A stretch of DNA of 64,000 bases from Vicinamibacterales bacterium (GCA_035758845.1 DASTVZ010000178.1:34713-98712); one strand, 5' to 3'; shown: positions 45,842 to 55,313, counted from the stretch's first letter. Notes: generated from the letters alone by a model not told the origin. Numbers and translations are program-made.

Positions 45842-46111
45842 CTAGGCGACAGGGGTCGATTCCGGTTCGTTAACGGTCTTTTCGACTTCGATCGAGCAGT
45901 CGGTGATGAGCGCCGTCAGGGCGCCGATCGCGGCGGCGACCGGGGCAATTACTGCACCGATGACGCCGGCCGTCAACGGGAATTCGGCAACCGTCTTACC
46001 CTTCTGTTTCACGACAACGCGGCGAATGTTTCCTTCTTCGATGAGCTTTCGAAGCTGCGCGAAAACCTGTTCGGTCGTCCCTTCCAGTTTCTCCCAGAAC
46101 GTACGTTCCAT
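45842..46111 (-). CDS. DUF4342 domain small protein
   Basis: 89 aa. The GNIRRVVVKQKGKTVAEFPLTAGVIGAVIAPVAAAIGALTALITDCSIEV pattern is typical of DUF4342. Confidence 0.65.
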   Translation of the reverse strand: MERTFWEKLEGTTEQVFAQLRKLIEEGNIRRVVVKQKGKTVAEFPLTAGVIGAVIAPVAAAIGALTALITDCSIEVEKTVNEPESTPVA

Positions 46112-46169
46112 AGTCCTCCTCCAGTACGCGGTTGTGGCGTGTACTAAATAGACGAACCGCGTGGTGGTT

Positions 46170-46251
46170 GGTTCCGGGTTCCGGGATCCGGGATCCGAAT
46201 CGATCCACCGAGGGCGCGGATCACGGATACCGGACCACGGATCACGACTTA
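46170..46251. repeat. GGWTCCG / CGGAYNA heptamer-armed hairpin, degenerate relative of the CGGGATC family
   Basis: Left heptads at 46170-46197 and right heptads at 46217-46251. Follows the xerD stop on the minus strand. Confidence 0.65.
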
Positions 46252-46255
46252 TCCG

Positions 46256-47134
46256 CTACTTTCGTGGATGGAATTTGTCGTAGGCCGCCCGCAGCCGCGC
46301 CTCGAGCACGTGCGTGTAGATCTGCGTCGTCGACAGATCGGCGTGGCCGAGCATCATTTGTATCATTCGCAGATCGGCACCGCGCTCGAGCAGGTGTGTC
46401 GCAAACGAATGCCTGAGTACGTGAGGACTGAGATCGCGCGTGACGCCGGCTTTGATTCCGTACTCTTTCAGCACTTTCCAGAAGCCGACGCGCGAGAGTG
46501 GGCCGCCGTCACGCGCATTGACGAACAGCCACGGTGAACTCTTCTTACGAAGCAGCGCCGGGCGGCCGTCGCGTAGGTATCGCCGCACCCAGTCGGCCGC
46601 TTCATGTCCGAGCGGTACCATCCGCTGCTTGTCCCCCTTGCCAATGCAGGTCAGGTAACCCTCATCGAGATTCAAGTCACCGGCGCGCAACGCGACGAGT
46701 TCCGACACGCGAAGGCCGGTCGCATACAGCACTTCGATCAACGCTTTATCGCGCAGTCCGCGTGGCGTTGACGGATCCGGTTGCTCGAGCAAACGGTCGA
46801 CTTCCTCGAGTGAGAGAAACTTCGGCAACGCGGCCCATGCGCGAGGCGGCCTGAGGTCGTCGGCGGGACTGCTGTCGCGCTTCTGCTCCGCGGCGATGAA
46901 ACGATAGAAACCGCGGACGCACGCGACCGTGCGCGCGACCGAACGCGGCGCCAGTCCTGACGACATCAACTGCCGGACGAAGGCTTCCAGATCCTGACGC
47001 TGAAGCTCGCCGACGGTCGAGCTTCGTTTATCGGCGAACTCCGCCAACTGCGCCAGATCGCGCGCGTAACTCTCGACCGTATTTGGCGACATGCGCCGCA
47101 CGTCACGGAGATAGTTGAGGTACTCGTCGATCAT
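46256..47134 (-). CDS. xerD: site-specific tyrosine recombinase XerD-like
   Basis: The C-terminal catalytic region (HVLRHSFATHLLERGADLRMIQMMLGHADLSTTQIYTHV) resembles XerD more than XerC. Start trimmed to MIDEYLNYL (ATG 47134). Confidence 0.85.
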   Translation of the reverse strand: MIDEYLNYLRDVRRMSPNTVESYARDLAQLAEFADKRSSTVGELQRQDLEAFVRQLMSSGLAPRSVARTVACVRGFYRFIAAEQKRDSSPADDLRPPRAWAALPKFLSLEEVDRLLEQPDPSTPRGLRDKALIEVLYATGLRVSELVALRAGDLNLDEGYLTCIGKGDKQRMVPLGHEAADWVRRYLRDGRPALLRKKSSPWLFVNARDGGPLSRVGFWKVLKEYGIKAGVTRDLSPHVLRHSFATHLLERGADLRMIQMMLGHADLSTTQIYTHVLEARLRAAYDKFHPRK

Positions 47135-47228
47135 GGCGCTAAGTTTGACACCACTGTGACCGAGGAGTAGTGTAAGCGGTTGCACCATACAGCCAGCGCG
47201 CCACGCTACGCCGTAGACGGACGTATTC

Positions 47229-48194
47229 ATGCCGAGCCATTCCAAGTGGGAATTGCTTCCCACGGAAGCCATTAACCCAGACAGTCTTTCGGTCGACAAA
47301 GCTCCAGTTCCCGACATCATCGATATGGTGGTGAACGAGGATCGGAAAGTCGTCGCAGCCGTTCACAAAGAACGCCAGCGTATCGCGCATGGTGTCGAAA
47401 TCATCACCCAGGCGCTTCGCAAGGGCGGCCGCGTCATTTTCGTCGGCGCCGGCACCAGTGGCCGTCTCGGTGTCGTCGAGGCATCCGAGATGCCGCCGAC
47501 GTTTGGCACCAGCCCGACGCTCGTACAGGCGATCATGGCCGGCGGACAGGAAGCAGTCTTTCGCGCAAAGGAAGGCGTCGAAGACAACTATGAAGAGGGG
47601 GCGCGAAGCCTGGCGCGGCTTCGACTCGGCAAGAAGGACGTCGTGATCGGCGTGTCCGCGAGCGGCATGACGCCGTTCGTCCGTGGCGCGCTGACGCGTG
47701 CGCGGAAGGCCGGCGCAAAGATCATCTTCGTCACCTGCTGGCCCGGGTCCGAGCTGCAGAACTTCGTCGATCTCCAGATCGCGCCGGCCGTTGGCCCGGA
47801 GATCATCGCGGGATCGACGCGGTTGAAAGCGGGCACCGCGACCAAGATGGTGCTCAACATGCTCACCACCATCGCCATGATCAAGGTCGGGAAGACTTAC
47901 GGAAACCTGATGGTCGACGTCCAGACCGGGTCGGAGAAACTGAAAGACCGCGCTCGTCGCATTGTCGTCCTGGTCACCGGTGTCGAGTACGACAGGGCCG
48001 ATGCGCTGCTCAAGCGCGCAAAGTGGAACGTCAAGGCGGCCATCATCATGCAGCGTGCGGACCTGACGCTTCCGCAGGCGCTTCGGCGGTTAAGAAAGGC
48101 GCACGATTCTGTGCGCGAGGCGATCGGTGAAGAAGCCGACGCGCACCTCAGAGGGTTGCTTGAAGCCTCTCAGCCGCGCCAGCGTCCAGCATGA
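47229..48194 (+). CDS. murQ: N-acetylmuramic acid 6-phosphate etherase
   Basis: SIS domain (FVGAGTSGRLGVVEASEMPPTF, GVSASGMTPF, STRLKAGTATKMVLN). Confidence 0.9.
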   Translation: MPSHSKWELLPTEAINPDSLSVDKAPVPDIIDMVVNEDRKVVAAVHKERQRIAHGVEIITQALRKGGRVIFVGAGTSGRLGVVEASEMPPTFGTSPTLVQAIMAGGQEAVFRAKEGVEDNYEEGARSLARLRLGKKDVVIGVSASGMTPFVRGALTRARKAGAKIIFVTCWPGSELQNFVDLQIAPAVGPEIIAGSTRLKAGTATKMVLNMLTTIAMIKVGKTYGNLMVDVQTGSEKLKDRARRIVVLVTGVEYDRADALLKRAKWNVKAAIIMQRADLTLPQALRRLRKAHDSVREAIGEEADAHLRGLLEASQPRQRPA

Positions 48195-48927
48195 TGTCGA
48201 CATCGTCGTGAAGCTGGAGGAATGACGCCGGCAGCTCGGGGGTGATCGTTCCGTTCACGACATGCTCGATGCACGCCGCTTTCGCCCTCCCTGTCGCCAG
48301 GAGAATGATGGCGCGGGAGTGAAGAATCGTCGCCATCCCGACCGACAGCGCCTCCGGCGGAACGTTCGACGGATCGCCACCAAACAGCGCCGCATTGCTG
48401 CGGCGCGTTTCCGGCCGCAATTTGACGCGATGCGCACGCGCGACGAGTGTCGGTGCCGGCTCGTTGAATCCGATGTGGCCGTTGGTGCCGATCCCCAGTA
48501 CCTGCAGATCAATTCCGCCGGCCTCGGCAATTTCACGTTCGTATCGCAGACACTCGGCTTCGGGATCGCTCGCCGTGCCATTCAGAAAATGCCGGTTCTC
48601 CGGTTTGATGTTCACGTGGCTGAACAGATGTTGCTCCATGAAGCTGCGATAACTTCCGGGATGGGTCGCGGGTATTCCAAGGAACTCGTCGAGGTTGAAC
48701 GTGGTGACTTCGGAAAAATCGACACCGTGCGCGTGCAACGACGCGAGCTCACGATAGAGGCCTACCGGCGTTCGTCCGGTCGGGAGTCCAAGGACGACGC
48801 GCTTGTTTTTCGTGACGAGATCCGCGATCCGTCTCGCCACCGCTTTCGCGACTGCGTAGTCGTGGTTGAAGACGGTGACTCGTGGACTCCGCCCAGTGCC
48901 GATGGAGCGTCCGAGATCACCCGGCAT
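48148..48927 (-). CDS. nagB: glucosamine-6-phosphate deaminase
   Basis: 259 aa with GLPTGRTP, LGIGTNGHIGFNEP and FNLDEF motifs. Confidence 0.9.
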   Translation of the reverse strand: MPGDLGRSIGTGRSPRVTVFNHDYAVAKAVARRIADLVTKNKRVVLGLPTGRTPVGLYRELASLHAHGVDFSEVTTFNLDEFLGIPATHPGSYRSFMEQHLFSHVNIKPENRHFLNGTASDPEAECLRYEREIAEAGGIDLQVLGIGTNGHIGFNEPAPTLVARAHRVKLRPETRRSNAALFGGDPSNVPPEALSVGMATILHSRAIILLATGRAKAACIEHVVNGTITPELPASFLQLHDDVDIMLDAGAAERLQATL

Positions 48928-49872
48928 CTAGTCCGCTTTGTACGCGGGAATCATCGCCCCGCCGTGCGCTTCCTGCAGCGCCAGCGCGACCGCGCCACTC
49001 GCGGGTTCGCGGTCCAATAGCCGGACCCAGCTGCGACGCGCGGCCACCGGCAGCCGGCGCTCGAGTTCCTGCTCGAGCCAGGGCACGGCGCGAAAAATCC
49101 CTCCGGAGAGAATGAATACAAACGGCTGGCCCACCAGTTCGAGCCGACGGGCGACGGAGAGCGCGAACATTTCCAGCTCATTCGCCGCCGCTCTGAGGAT
49201 GCCGATCGCCACGGAATCTCCCTGTGAGAACGCCGACTGCACGCAGGTGGCGAGCGCCCCAATGGCGGTGGGTTTCAGGTCTTTGTTATAGACCTCGTGA
49301 ATCAGTTCCGGCGGAGCCGACACGCCGAAATGCTTGAGAACGAGCTCGGTCAGGACGGTGTCGGGACCTCTTCGATCCGCCTGCCGCAGGACGGCTCGAA
49401 GGGCGGCGCGTCCGATCCAGTAGCCACTCCCCTCATCGCCCAGCACATAACCCCACCCGCCGGCACGAGCCGCCTCCCCCTTTGCGTTCCGGCCGTACGA
49501 AATCGATCCCGTTCCCGAGATGACGACAATGCCGGGCTGGCCTGGAGCTCCCGCTTCCAGCGCAACCAGCGCGTCGTTGACGACGACGACCCTCGCCTTG
49601 TGGCCGATGCGACGCATGATCGAACTCACGATCGCAAAATCATCGCGGCGGTCGACGCCGGCCATGCCGAGGCAGATTGCCGCAGGAACGACCGCGCGAT
49701 TACCGATCGCCTCCTCCATCACGCGATGAAGAACCTTTTCCACCTCCAGTTCGCCTACTGCCTGGAGGTTCGCGCCGCCTGCTCGAGCACTGGCGATAAT
49801 ATTGCCCTGTTCGTCCGCGAGCAGGCACACCGTCTTCGTGCCGCCCGCGTCGATCCCGAGTACGTGTGTCAT
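48928..49872 (-). CDS. BadF/BadG/BcrA/BcrD-type sugar kinase (GlcNAc/MurNAc kinase candidate)
   Basis: LGIDAGGTKT N-terminus, GTGSISYG and LGDEGSGYWIG motifs. Its stop codon abuts the nagB start. Confidence 0.8.
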   Translation of the reverse strand: MTHVLGIDAGGTKTVCLLADEQGNIIASARAGGANLQAVGELEVEKVLHRVMEEAIGNRAVVPAAICLGMAGVDRRDDFAIVSSIMRRIGHKARVVVVNDALVALEAGAPGQPGIVVISGTGSISYGRNAKGEAARAGGWGYVLGDEGSGYWIGRAALRAVLRQADRRGPDTVLTELVLKHFGVSAPPELIHEVYNKDLKPTAIGALATCVQSAFSQGDSVAIGILRAAANELEMFALSVARRLELVGQPFVFILSGGIFRAVPWLEQELERRLPVAARRSWVRLLDREPASGAVALALQEAHGGAMIPAYKAD

Positions 49873-49910
49873 GAGTTGATGATGCGGATCGTACCACGGG
49901 TGAATCCTGT

Positions 49911-50003
49911 CGGGATCCGTTGTGCGGGATCCGGGATCCGATCTCTCGCATATACGCCGTGACGATGCGCACCACGGATCCCGGACACCGGATCCCGGCA
50001 GGC
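49911..50003. repeat. CGGGATC/GATCCCG heptamer-armed hairpin, copy B
   Basis: The arms are almost identical to copy A (one substitution per arm). The loop sequence is unrelated. Confidence 0.85.
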
Positions 50004-50071
50004 GAACGCGGAATACTCGCGTTCGCTCTCATTGACACTGTGCGCGTGACGCTGTTACATTCGTTCGATTT

Positions 50072-51355
50072 ATGAACTTTGACGGAGGGTGCGCGCGCGC
50101 TGCTGCTGCGCTCGCGATTGTGATAGGTGTGTGTGCGTCTCTGGGCTCCTCATCCGGGACGATCGCATCCTCCGAAGCCTCAGCTTCTGAAACTCGTGCG
50201 CTGTGGGTTCAGCGCGGATCACTTGCCACTCCTCAGAGTATTGCCACGCTGGTGAAATCGGCGCGCGAGCACGGGTTCAACACGCTGCTGGTGCAGGTGC
50301 GAGGGCGTGGCGACGCTTACTATCTCGGCGGCGTCGAGCCGCGCGCGACGGAACTGTTTCGGCAGGCGGACGATTTCGATCCGCTCGCGACGGTACTCGA
50401 CGCGGGACACGCTGCCGGTCTCCGCATTCACGCGTGGATCAACGTCAATCTGATTTCGAGCGCGGCGGAATTACCCTCGGCGCGGGAACACGTGATTTAC
50501 CGACACCCGGCGTGGCTGATGGTGCCGCGGGACATCGGCCAGCAACTGGCGGCCATGGAGCCCGACAGTCCGGGTTATGTCGGCACGCTGGCGCGATGGA
50601 CGCGCGCGCAATCTGCGGCGATTGAGGGGCTGTACCTCTCACCGATCGTTCCTGACGCCGCCGACTACACCGACTCGATCGTTCGCGCGCTCGTTCGACG
50701 ATATCCGGTCGACGGTATTCACTTCGACTACGCGCGATATCCAAACGACCGCTTTGACTACAGTCGTCTCGCGATCCGCGAATTTCGCGCGTCGGTGCGG
50801 AATCAGCTTGCGGAAGCGACTCGCCGTACTCTGGACGCGCAGGAACAGGCGGATCTCTTCGCCTACCCGGATTCGCTGCCCGATCGGTGGCGCGAGTTTC
50901 GAATCTCGCGGATGACCGAACTCATCACCCGCCTGCGTGCGACCGTCAAACGCGAACGTCCCGACGCGCTGGTCAGCGTCGCGGTCGTTCCCAACGCGCG
51001 TGAGGCTGAAATCCACCGACTCCAAAACTGGGGCGCCTGGGCCGAAACCGGCCTGGTCGACGCCGTGTGTCCGATGGCTTACGCAACCGAAGCAACCCAT
51101 TTCGCCGAACAGATCGCCGACGCTCGCGCCGCCGCCGGCTCGCGGCCGGTGTGGGCCGGCATCGGTTCGTATCGTCTGTCGCCGAAGGAAACCGTGGACA
51201 ACATCCAGACGGCTCGCCGGCTTGGCGCCACTGGCATCGTCCTGTTTTCGTACGACAGCCTGATCAACTCGCGGCAGTCTGACTCCGACTACCTGGCTGT
51301 CGTCGGACGAGCGGCGTTCGCTCCGGTGGCATCTTCGGCGGCCGGATCCCGCTGA
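50072..51355 (+). CDS. glycoside-hydrolase-like family 10 protein (DUF187/YngK type), secreted
   Basis: N-terminal signal. RALWVQR...GFNTLLVQVRGRGDAYY...GLRIHAWINV and GIHFDYARYP motifs of the DUF187 TIM-barrel. Confidence 0.65.
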   Translation: MNFDGGCARAAAALAIVIGVCASLGSSSGTIASSEASASETRALWVQRGSLATPQSIATLVKSAREHGFNTLLVQVRGRGDAYYLGGVEPRATELFRQADDFDPLATVLDAGHAAGLRIHAWINVNLISSAAELPSAREHVIYRHPAWLMVPRDIGQQLAAMEPDSPGYVGTLARWTRAQSAAIEGLYLSPIVPDAADYTDSIVRALVRRYPVDGIHFDYARYPNDRFDYSRLAIREFRASVRNQLAEATRRTLDAQEQADLFAYPDSLPDRWREFRISRMTELITRLRATVKRERPDALVSVAVVPNAREAEIHRLQNWGAWAETGLVDAVCPMAYATEATHFAEQIADARAAAGSRPVWAGIGSYRLSPKETVDNIQTARRLGATGIVLFSYDSLINSRQSDSDYLAVVGRAAFAPVASSAAGSR

Positions 51356-51373
51356 CCGCGATCAACAGAACGG

Positions 51374-52810
51374 ATGGTCCTCACCTGGGTTGACTACATC
51401 GTCATAGCCGGGTATCTGCTTGCGATCACCGCGTTCGGATCCTGGTTTGCGCGATTTCAGAAAACCACCCGCGACTATTTCCTCACCGGCCGCTCGGTGC
51501 CCTGGTGGGCAATCTGTTTCACGGTTGTCGCCACCGAGACCAGTACGCTGAGCTTCATCGGCGTTCCCGCAGGCGCCTATGCCGGCAACATGACGTTCCT
51601 CCAACTGCCCCTCGGGTACATCTGCGGCCGGTTCCTGGTCAGTCTGCTCTTCATCCCGGCATATTTTCGCGGCGAGCTGTACACCTCGTATGAACTTTTG
51701 CAGCGCCGTTTCGGCGCGCCGGTCAAGAACGCCGCCGCGATTATTTTCGTCGTCACCCGCACGCTCGCCGATGGCGTAAGGCTATTCGCCACCGCGCTGG
51801 CGATCGCGGTGGTCACCGGTGTTCCGGTGTCATTGACGGTCATTCTTCTCGGCGTGGCAATGATCGTTTACACAGTTCGCGGAGGGGTTGCCGCAGTCAT
51901 CTGGACCGATGTGGTCCAGATGTTCGTGTACGTCGCCGGAGCGCTGATCGTGTTCTTCGCACTGCTGTGGCAGATTCCCGGGGGATGGGCAACGGTTGTC
52001 GCCGCTGGAGACGCGGCGGGCAAGTTTCAGATATTCGACTTCAGTTTCAATCCCGCCAAGGTGTACACGTTCTGGGCCGGCCTGTTCGGCGGCATTGCGC
52101 TCACGCTGGCAACCCACGGAACCGATCAATTCCTCGTCCAGCGACTGCTATCGGCGCGATCCGCGAATGATGCCGGCAAGGGTCTGATTCTGAGCGGGTT
52201 CATCGTCTTCGCCCAGTTTCTGTTGTTCCTGATCATCGGTGTCATGCTCTACACGTATTACCAGCACACACCGCTGCCACGGCCGCTCGGGCGAACCGAC
52301 GAAATCCTGCCGCTCTTCGTGGTGCACGGGATTCCGCAGGGCATCTCAGGATTCATCATGGCCGCAATCGTCGCGGCGGCGTTGTCCCCCTCGATTAATG
52401 CGCTCGCCGCAACAACCGTCAATGATTTCTACGTGAAGTACGTGAGACCCGACGCGGATCAGGACACGCTGATGCGATTGTCGCGGCAGGCGACCATCGG
52501 GTGGGGCGTTGCGCAGATCGCCGTCGCCCTGGGCGCCCAATGGATCGATCGCTCCGTGCTCGATGCCGGTCTGCTCGTGCTCTCTTTCGCGGCGGGACCG
52601 GTGCTCGGCGCGTTTCTGACCGGTGTTCTCATTCGTCGCGTCGGTTCGATGGCGATGCTCTGGGGAATGATCGGCGGCACTGGTGTTGTGACCTACATCT
52701 GGTGGGCGACTGCCTGCGCCTGGACCTGGTACGCGCTGCTCGGCGCGTTATGCACGGGTGGACTTGCGGTCGCCTTGTCGTTTGCAATGCCCGCACGCGC
52801 GAATGCTTGA
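51374..52810 (+). CDS. sodium:solute symporter family transporter
   Basis: 478 aa, about 13 TM segments. YFLTGRSVPWW and the SSS-type N-terminal region. Confidence 0.85.
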   Translation: MVLTWVDYIVIAGYLLAITAFGSWFARFQKTTRDYFLTGRSVPWWAICFTVVATETSTLSFIGVPAGAYAGNMTFLQLPLGYICGRFLVSLLFIPAYFRGELYTSYELLQRRFGAPVKNAAAIIFVVTRTLADGVRLFATALAIAVVTGVPVSLTVILLGVAMIVYTVRGGVAAVIWTDVVQMFVYVAGALIVFFALLWQIPGGWATVVAAGDAAGKFQIFDFSFNPAKVYTFWAGLFGGIALTLATHGTDQFLVQRLLSARSANDAGKGLILSGFIVFAQFLLFLIIGVMLYTYYQHTPLPRPLGRTDEILPLFVVHGIPQGISGFIMAAIVAAALSPSINALAATTVNDFYVKYVRPDADQDTLMRLSRQATIGWGVAQIAVALGAQWIDRSVLDAGLLVLSFAAGPVLGAFLTGVLIRRVGSMAMLWGMIGGTGVVTYIWWATACAWTWYALLGALCTGGLAVALSFAMPARANA

Positions 52811-53900
52811 ATCTTTCGAACGCGCGTCGGAGATCCTGCTCGAAGGGATCCTCCATCGGGCGTTTCCGGCAGCGACCACTGAAGTTGGCCGATCAACCGG
52901 GCCAATCTGGCGACGCGCATTCGGCACGCTCACTTACGCAGCCGATTCGCCCGACGTCGGCCACGACACGATTTTCGATCTCGCCTCGCTGACGAAGGTC
53001 ATCGCGACGACGACCTTGTCGATGCGAGCGATCGATGACGGTCTGCTGACGCTGGACGATCGCCTCGCTGCGCACCTTCCGGAGTGGCGCGGCACGGATC
53101 GCGAAGCGGTCACAATCCGGGATCTGCTCGTACACGCCTCCGGGCTGCCAGCGTATCTGCCGTTCTTTCGCGATCACACCGGCCGTGTCGAATTCGAACC
53201 CGCGATCTGCCACACGCCGCTCGAGTATCCGCCTCGCTCGCAATCGATCTACAGCGACCTCGGCTTCATGCTCCTCGGATTCATCCTTGAAGATCTTCGT
53301 CGAAACACGCAGGCCCGTCCCGGCCAGTTCGATCCCTCCGCGACCCTGGTCTCACAATTCCGGCGCGTCGCTGCCTTCATCACGATCGAACCGCTCGCCT
53401 ACAACCCGCCACGTCCGTGGCGGTCGCGAACCGCGCCGACCGAACACGACGCTTGGCGCGGAAGAACCCTGCAAGGAGAAGTGCACGACGAAAACGCATG
53501 GGCTCTCGGGGGGGCCGCCGGCCACGCCGGGCTGTTCGGAACGGCCGGGGCCGTCGGCGCGTTCGCGCAATCCGTGTTGCGGACAATCGGCGGTGAACGC
53601 GTCATCTCCGCGCCCGACACTTTTCGCGATTTCATGCGTCGCGCCGGAACTCCCGGCAGTTCGAGAGCCCTCGGATGGGACACGATGCTTCCGACGTCAT
53701 CGTGCGGATCGCGAATGTCACCGACGGCCATCGGGCATACGGGCTTCACCGGGACGTCACTGTGGATCGACTGGGAGCGGGATCTGTACGTCGTGCTGTT
53801 GACCAATCGCGTGCACCCGACGCGCGAGAACGATCGGCTTCGCGCGATCCGACCGGCGTTTCACGATGCGGTGATTGAGGAATTCGATCGAACGCTGTAG
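52803..53900 (+). CDS. serine hydrolase, beta-lactamase/DD-peptidase fold (AmiE/YbbE-like candidate)
   Basis: SxxK motif (FDLASLTKV), YSD, and a HTGFTG (KTG-like) box. ATG 52803 overlaps the symporter stop. Confidence 0.8.
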   Translation: MLESFERASEILLEGILHRAFPAATTEVGRSTGPIWRRAFGTLTYAADSPDVGHDTIFDLASLTKVIATTTLSMRAIDDGLLTLDDRLAAHLPEWRGTDREAVTIRDLLVHASGLPAYLPFFRDHTGRVEFEPAICHTPLEYPPRSQSIYSDLGFMLLGFILEDLRRNTQARPGQFDPSATLVSQFRRVAAFITIEPLAYNPPRPWRSRTAPTEHDAWRGRTLQGEVHDENAWALGGAAGHAGLFGTAGAVGAFAQSVLRTIGGERVISAPDTFRDFMRRAGTPGSSRALGWDTMLPTSSCGSRMSPTAIGHTGFTGTSLWIDWERDLYVVLLTNRVHPTRENDRLRAIRPAFHDAVIEEFDRTL

Positions 53901-53903
53901 GCG

Positions 53904-53980
53904 GCGGGGTCTAACCAGCCTCCGCTAAAGCTACGGCGGTCCGCCGACGCCTTGGCGAAGGCGGAAGACCCCGCCCTACA
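53904..53980 (+). repeat. 77-bp structured repeat, copy 2 (closing stem GCGGGGTCT/AGACCCCGC)
   Basis: Same orientation and architecture as 18033-18111, with paired base changes in two stems. Confidence 0.8.
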
Positions 53981-53995
53981 CTTGGGCCCTTCGCG

Positions 53996-55276
53996 TTACA
54001 AACAGGGTCCATTTACGGTAATGCTGGTCTGACCCTGACCGACTGGACCGGTCGATTGAGTAACGGTAACCCGAACGTCAAAGGTGCTTGGTTTTGTATA
54101 CGTGTGCGAAATCTGCGGACTGCTCACCGTTGTTGTCGCTGATCCATCGCCGAAGTCCCATTCGTAAGAAGTAATGGACGAAACCGCCCCGGAGACGCTG
54201 GCGGTAAACGTGACTCTAGCGTTACACGACGCCGTTGCCGGACCGGTGATGGTTACCGCCGGCGGTTGAGCCGGGAGAATGGTGACCGCGGTGGCGACCT
54301 GCTCGTTGAAGCCGCTTGCGTCGGTCGCAGTCGCTCTCACCGTGAATGTGCCAGGCTGCCTGTACACATGTTGGATGACGGTGCTACCGCTGATCGCCCC
54401 CAGCGGTTGCTGCGAGCCATCACCAAAATCCACGATGACATTCTGAATGTTTGCCGTGGCGGCGACGTTCACCGTAAAGCTCGCCGGCAGTCCCGCGGAA
54501 ACCGCGGTCGTTGGAGCGGTGATGCTGAGACCCGTTCGCGGACTCAGACTGACGGTCACATCGGCCGTCTTGCCGGCAACGTTCGCCGTTACCTTCGCCG
54601 TGCGTGGCGCATTAAGAGACGTGGTCGCCACGCCATTTGAATCTGTCGTCGCCGTCGGCGGATTCAACGAGCCATTGTCGGTGGTAAACGTGACCGGGAT
54701 CCCGGAAAGGCCGAGGCCGGACACATCCTCGACACGAGCGGTGATCGTTGATGTCCCACCACCCGGCGGCAGCGTCTGTGGGCTGGCAGACAGGGTCACG
54801 CGCTCCACGGCTGCTGCTCCCACCTTCAGGTTCTCGAGCTTGCCCGATGCCCCACCTGAGAATGCCGTGATCGTCGCCGTGCCGCTCTGATTGCCCGAAA
54901 AGAAACGCACTCGTACTTGACCATTGCTGGTTCGGGCTTCACTCGGCTCGATTCGGCCGATCGTTGTCGTGAAAGACACCAGCGTGCCATTTTGTACCGG
55001 CGTTCCTGCTCCGGTAGTCGTCGTACTCGTAGTGCCTGTTGTTCCCGTTCCCGGAGTCCCGTTTGTCGGCGTCGTCGGCGTGCTTTGCGCCGTCCCGTTT
55101 TCAATGACGTTGGCGATGATCTCGATATCGCCATTCAGCGGGACGGTGTTGGCCGATGCAAAGACGCTGATCACCGAACCGGTCGGCGCGAGCAGCGGGA
55201 CTTTGTCGCACGCGACCGCGAGCGACAGAGCCGCGATGAGGCAGAGCACGGCAAGGCCGGCAAAGGAGCGCTTCAT
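53996..55276 (-). CDS. lipoprotein with bacterial Ig-like (Big_1-type) and two PKD domains
   Basis: Lipobox LAVAC after MKRSFAGLAVLCLIAALS. Thr-rich linker. PKD signatures (VDFGDGS...HVY, WDFGDGS...HTY). Start trimmed to ATG 55276. Confidence 0.7.
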   Translation of the reverse strand: MKRSFAGLAVLCLIAALSLAVACDKVPLLAPTGSVISVFASANTVPLNGDIEIIANVIENGTAQSTPTTPTNGTPGTGTTGTTSTTTTGAGTPVQNGTLVSFTTTIGRIEPSEARTSNGQVRVRFFSGNQSGTATITAFSGGASGKLENLKVGAAAVERVTLSASPQTLPPGGGTSTITARVEDVSGLGLSGIPVTFTTDNGSLNPPTATTDSNGVATTSLNAPRTAKVTANVAGKTADVTVSLSPRTGLSITAPTTAVSAGLPASFTVNVAATANIQNVIVDFGDGSQQPLGAISGSTVIQHVYRQPGTFTVRATATDASGFNEQVATAVTILPAQPPAVTITGPATASCNARVTFTASVSGAVSSITSYEWDFGDGSATTTVSSPQISHTYTKPSTFDVRVTVTQSTGPVGQGQTSITVNGPCL

Positions 55277-55313
55277 GTGTGCTACCATCGGAGACGCTAA
55301 GGATAATACTCTC

